A stretch of 64,000 nucleotides of DNA from the NCBI GenBank assembly GCA_028826165.1, contig JAPDFW010000004.1, forward strand, positions 38,350 to 102,349. The letters run 5' to 3'. Positions 62,961-64,000 of the stretch are shown here, piece after piece. A program made the translations under genes and the position numbers. Under the pieces are notes generated by a model, which worked only from the letters and a program-made list of their open reading frames with translations, did not search any database and was not told the DNA's origin. Each line of letters starts with the position of its first letter. Position 1 is the first letter of the stretch. The stretch is from Anaeramoeba ignava BMAN (taxonomy: Eukaryota > Protista > Anaeramoebae).

Positions 62961-63082
62961 TTAAATTAAAAATTAAAATAAAAAATTAAATTAAAATTGT
63001 TGTTTTGTTTTGTTGGGAATTTTTATTTATTCAAAAAAAGAAAAGAAAAGAAAAGAAAAGAAAAGAAAAGAAAAGAAGAAAT

Positions 63083-64000
63083 TTAATCAACTTCTTCAAC
63101 TCTAACTCCATTTCCTTGATTAAATTTATTACTATTGTTATTGTATCCTTGATAATAATTTTCATTTGGATTCATTTGTGGATTTGATTGAGCTTGACCT
63201 TGTTGTTGAGATTGTTGATAAAGTTTAGTAATAATTGGTGAACATTTTCCTTCTAATTCTTTTAATTTGTTTTCAAAATCTTCTTTTGAAGCTGAATCCA
63301 AATTTGAATCAATCCATTTAATTGTTTCTTCAACTGATTTTTCAATTGTGTTCTTATCATTTTCTTGAAGAACTGCTCTGAATTTTTCATCTCTAATTGT
63401 ATTTCTCATATTATAAGCATAAGATTCAAGTTGATTTCTTGCTTCGATTTTTTGTTTTTGTTTTTCATCTTGTTCTCTATATTTTTCTGATTCTCTTATC
63501 ATTTGCTCAATTTGTTCTTTGGATAATCTTCCTTTCTCATTTTTGATTGTGATTTGATTTTTATTTCCTGTTGTTTTATCCATTGCAGTTACATTTAATA
63601 TCCCATTTGAATCAATATCAAAATTGACTAAAATTTGAGGAACTCCTCTTGGAGCTGGTGGAATTCCTCTTAATTCAAATTTCCCTAATGAATTGTTGTC
63701 TCTTGTCATCTGTCTTTCTCCTTCAAAAACTTGAATCAAAACACCTGGTTGATTATCTGCATAAGTTGAAAAAATTTCTTCTTTTTTTGTTGGAATTGTT
63801 GTATTTCTTGGAATCAAAACAGTCATAACTCCTCCTGCAGTTTCAATTCCCAAACTTAATGGAGTTACATCTAATAGCAAAACTTCTCCAATGCTTTCTG
63901 TTTCATTTCCTGATAAAATTGCTGCTTGAATTGCTGCTCCATAGGCAACAGCCTCATCTGGATTGATACTTTTTATTCAGATCTTTTTCCATTGAAATAA
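63083..64000 (-). CDS. HSP70: Cytosolic HSP70, 3' part (5' end outside the window)
   Basis: [21 protein letters not shown]...[20 protein letters not shown]...[18 protein letters not shown]...[12 protein letters not shown]...C-terminal VEEVD. Confidence 0.97.

Overview
Extremely AT-rich, intron-containing eukaryotic (protist) genomic DNA; no rRNA, tRNA or CRISPR features seen. The N/Q/E-rich proteins, BTB and FG-GAP family genes, TCA-type initiator motifs and nuclear intein suggest an anaerobic metamonad such as Anaeramoeba (inference, not proven). About 18 protein genes were reconstructed by hand from GT-AG junctions: BTB/coiled-coil/ARM protein, BTB-TLDc, a UBA6-like E1, organellar Lon protease, Rho GTPase, endonuclease III, an unknown membrane-anchored protein, a Byr4/Bfa1-like protein, two tocopherol-cyclase-like secreted paralogs, DPH5, a small 4-TM protein, a repeat-domain protein, RPS6, two FG-GAP/FN3 surface proteins, a probable RING-kinase-Rab fusion, one hypothetical gene and the 3' part of cytosolic HSP70. 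The standout is a 340-aa intein (16034-17053) inserted in the Walker A motif of Lon (GPPGVGK|C...HN|S), with a decayed LAGLIDADG endonuclease. Also notable: large introns each filled by a gene-specific satellite, compact bidirectional promoters with a TCA initiator-like motif, ~145-bp satellites, and a block of decayed elements (non-LTR RT plus Mutator-like transposase) at 57.9-61.2 kb. Several single-base homopolymer indels are probably assembly errors.
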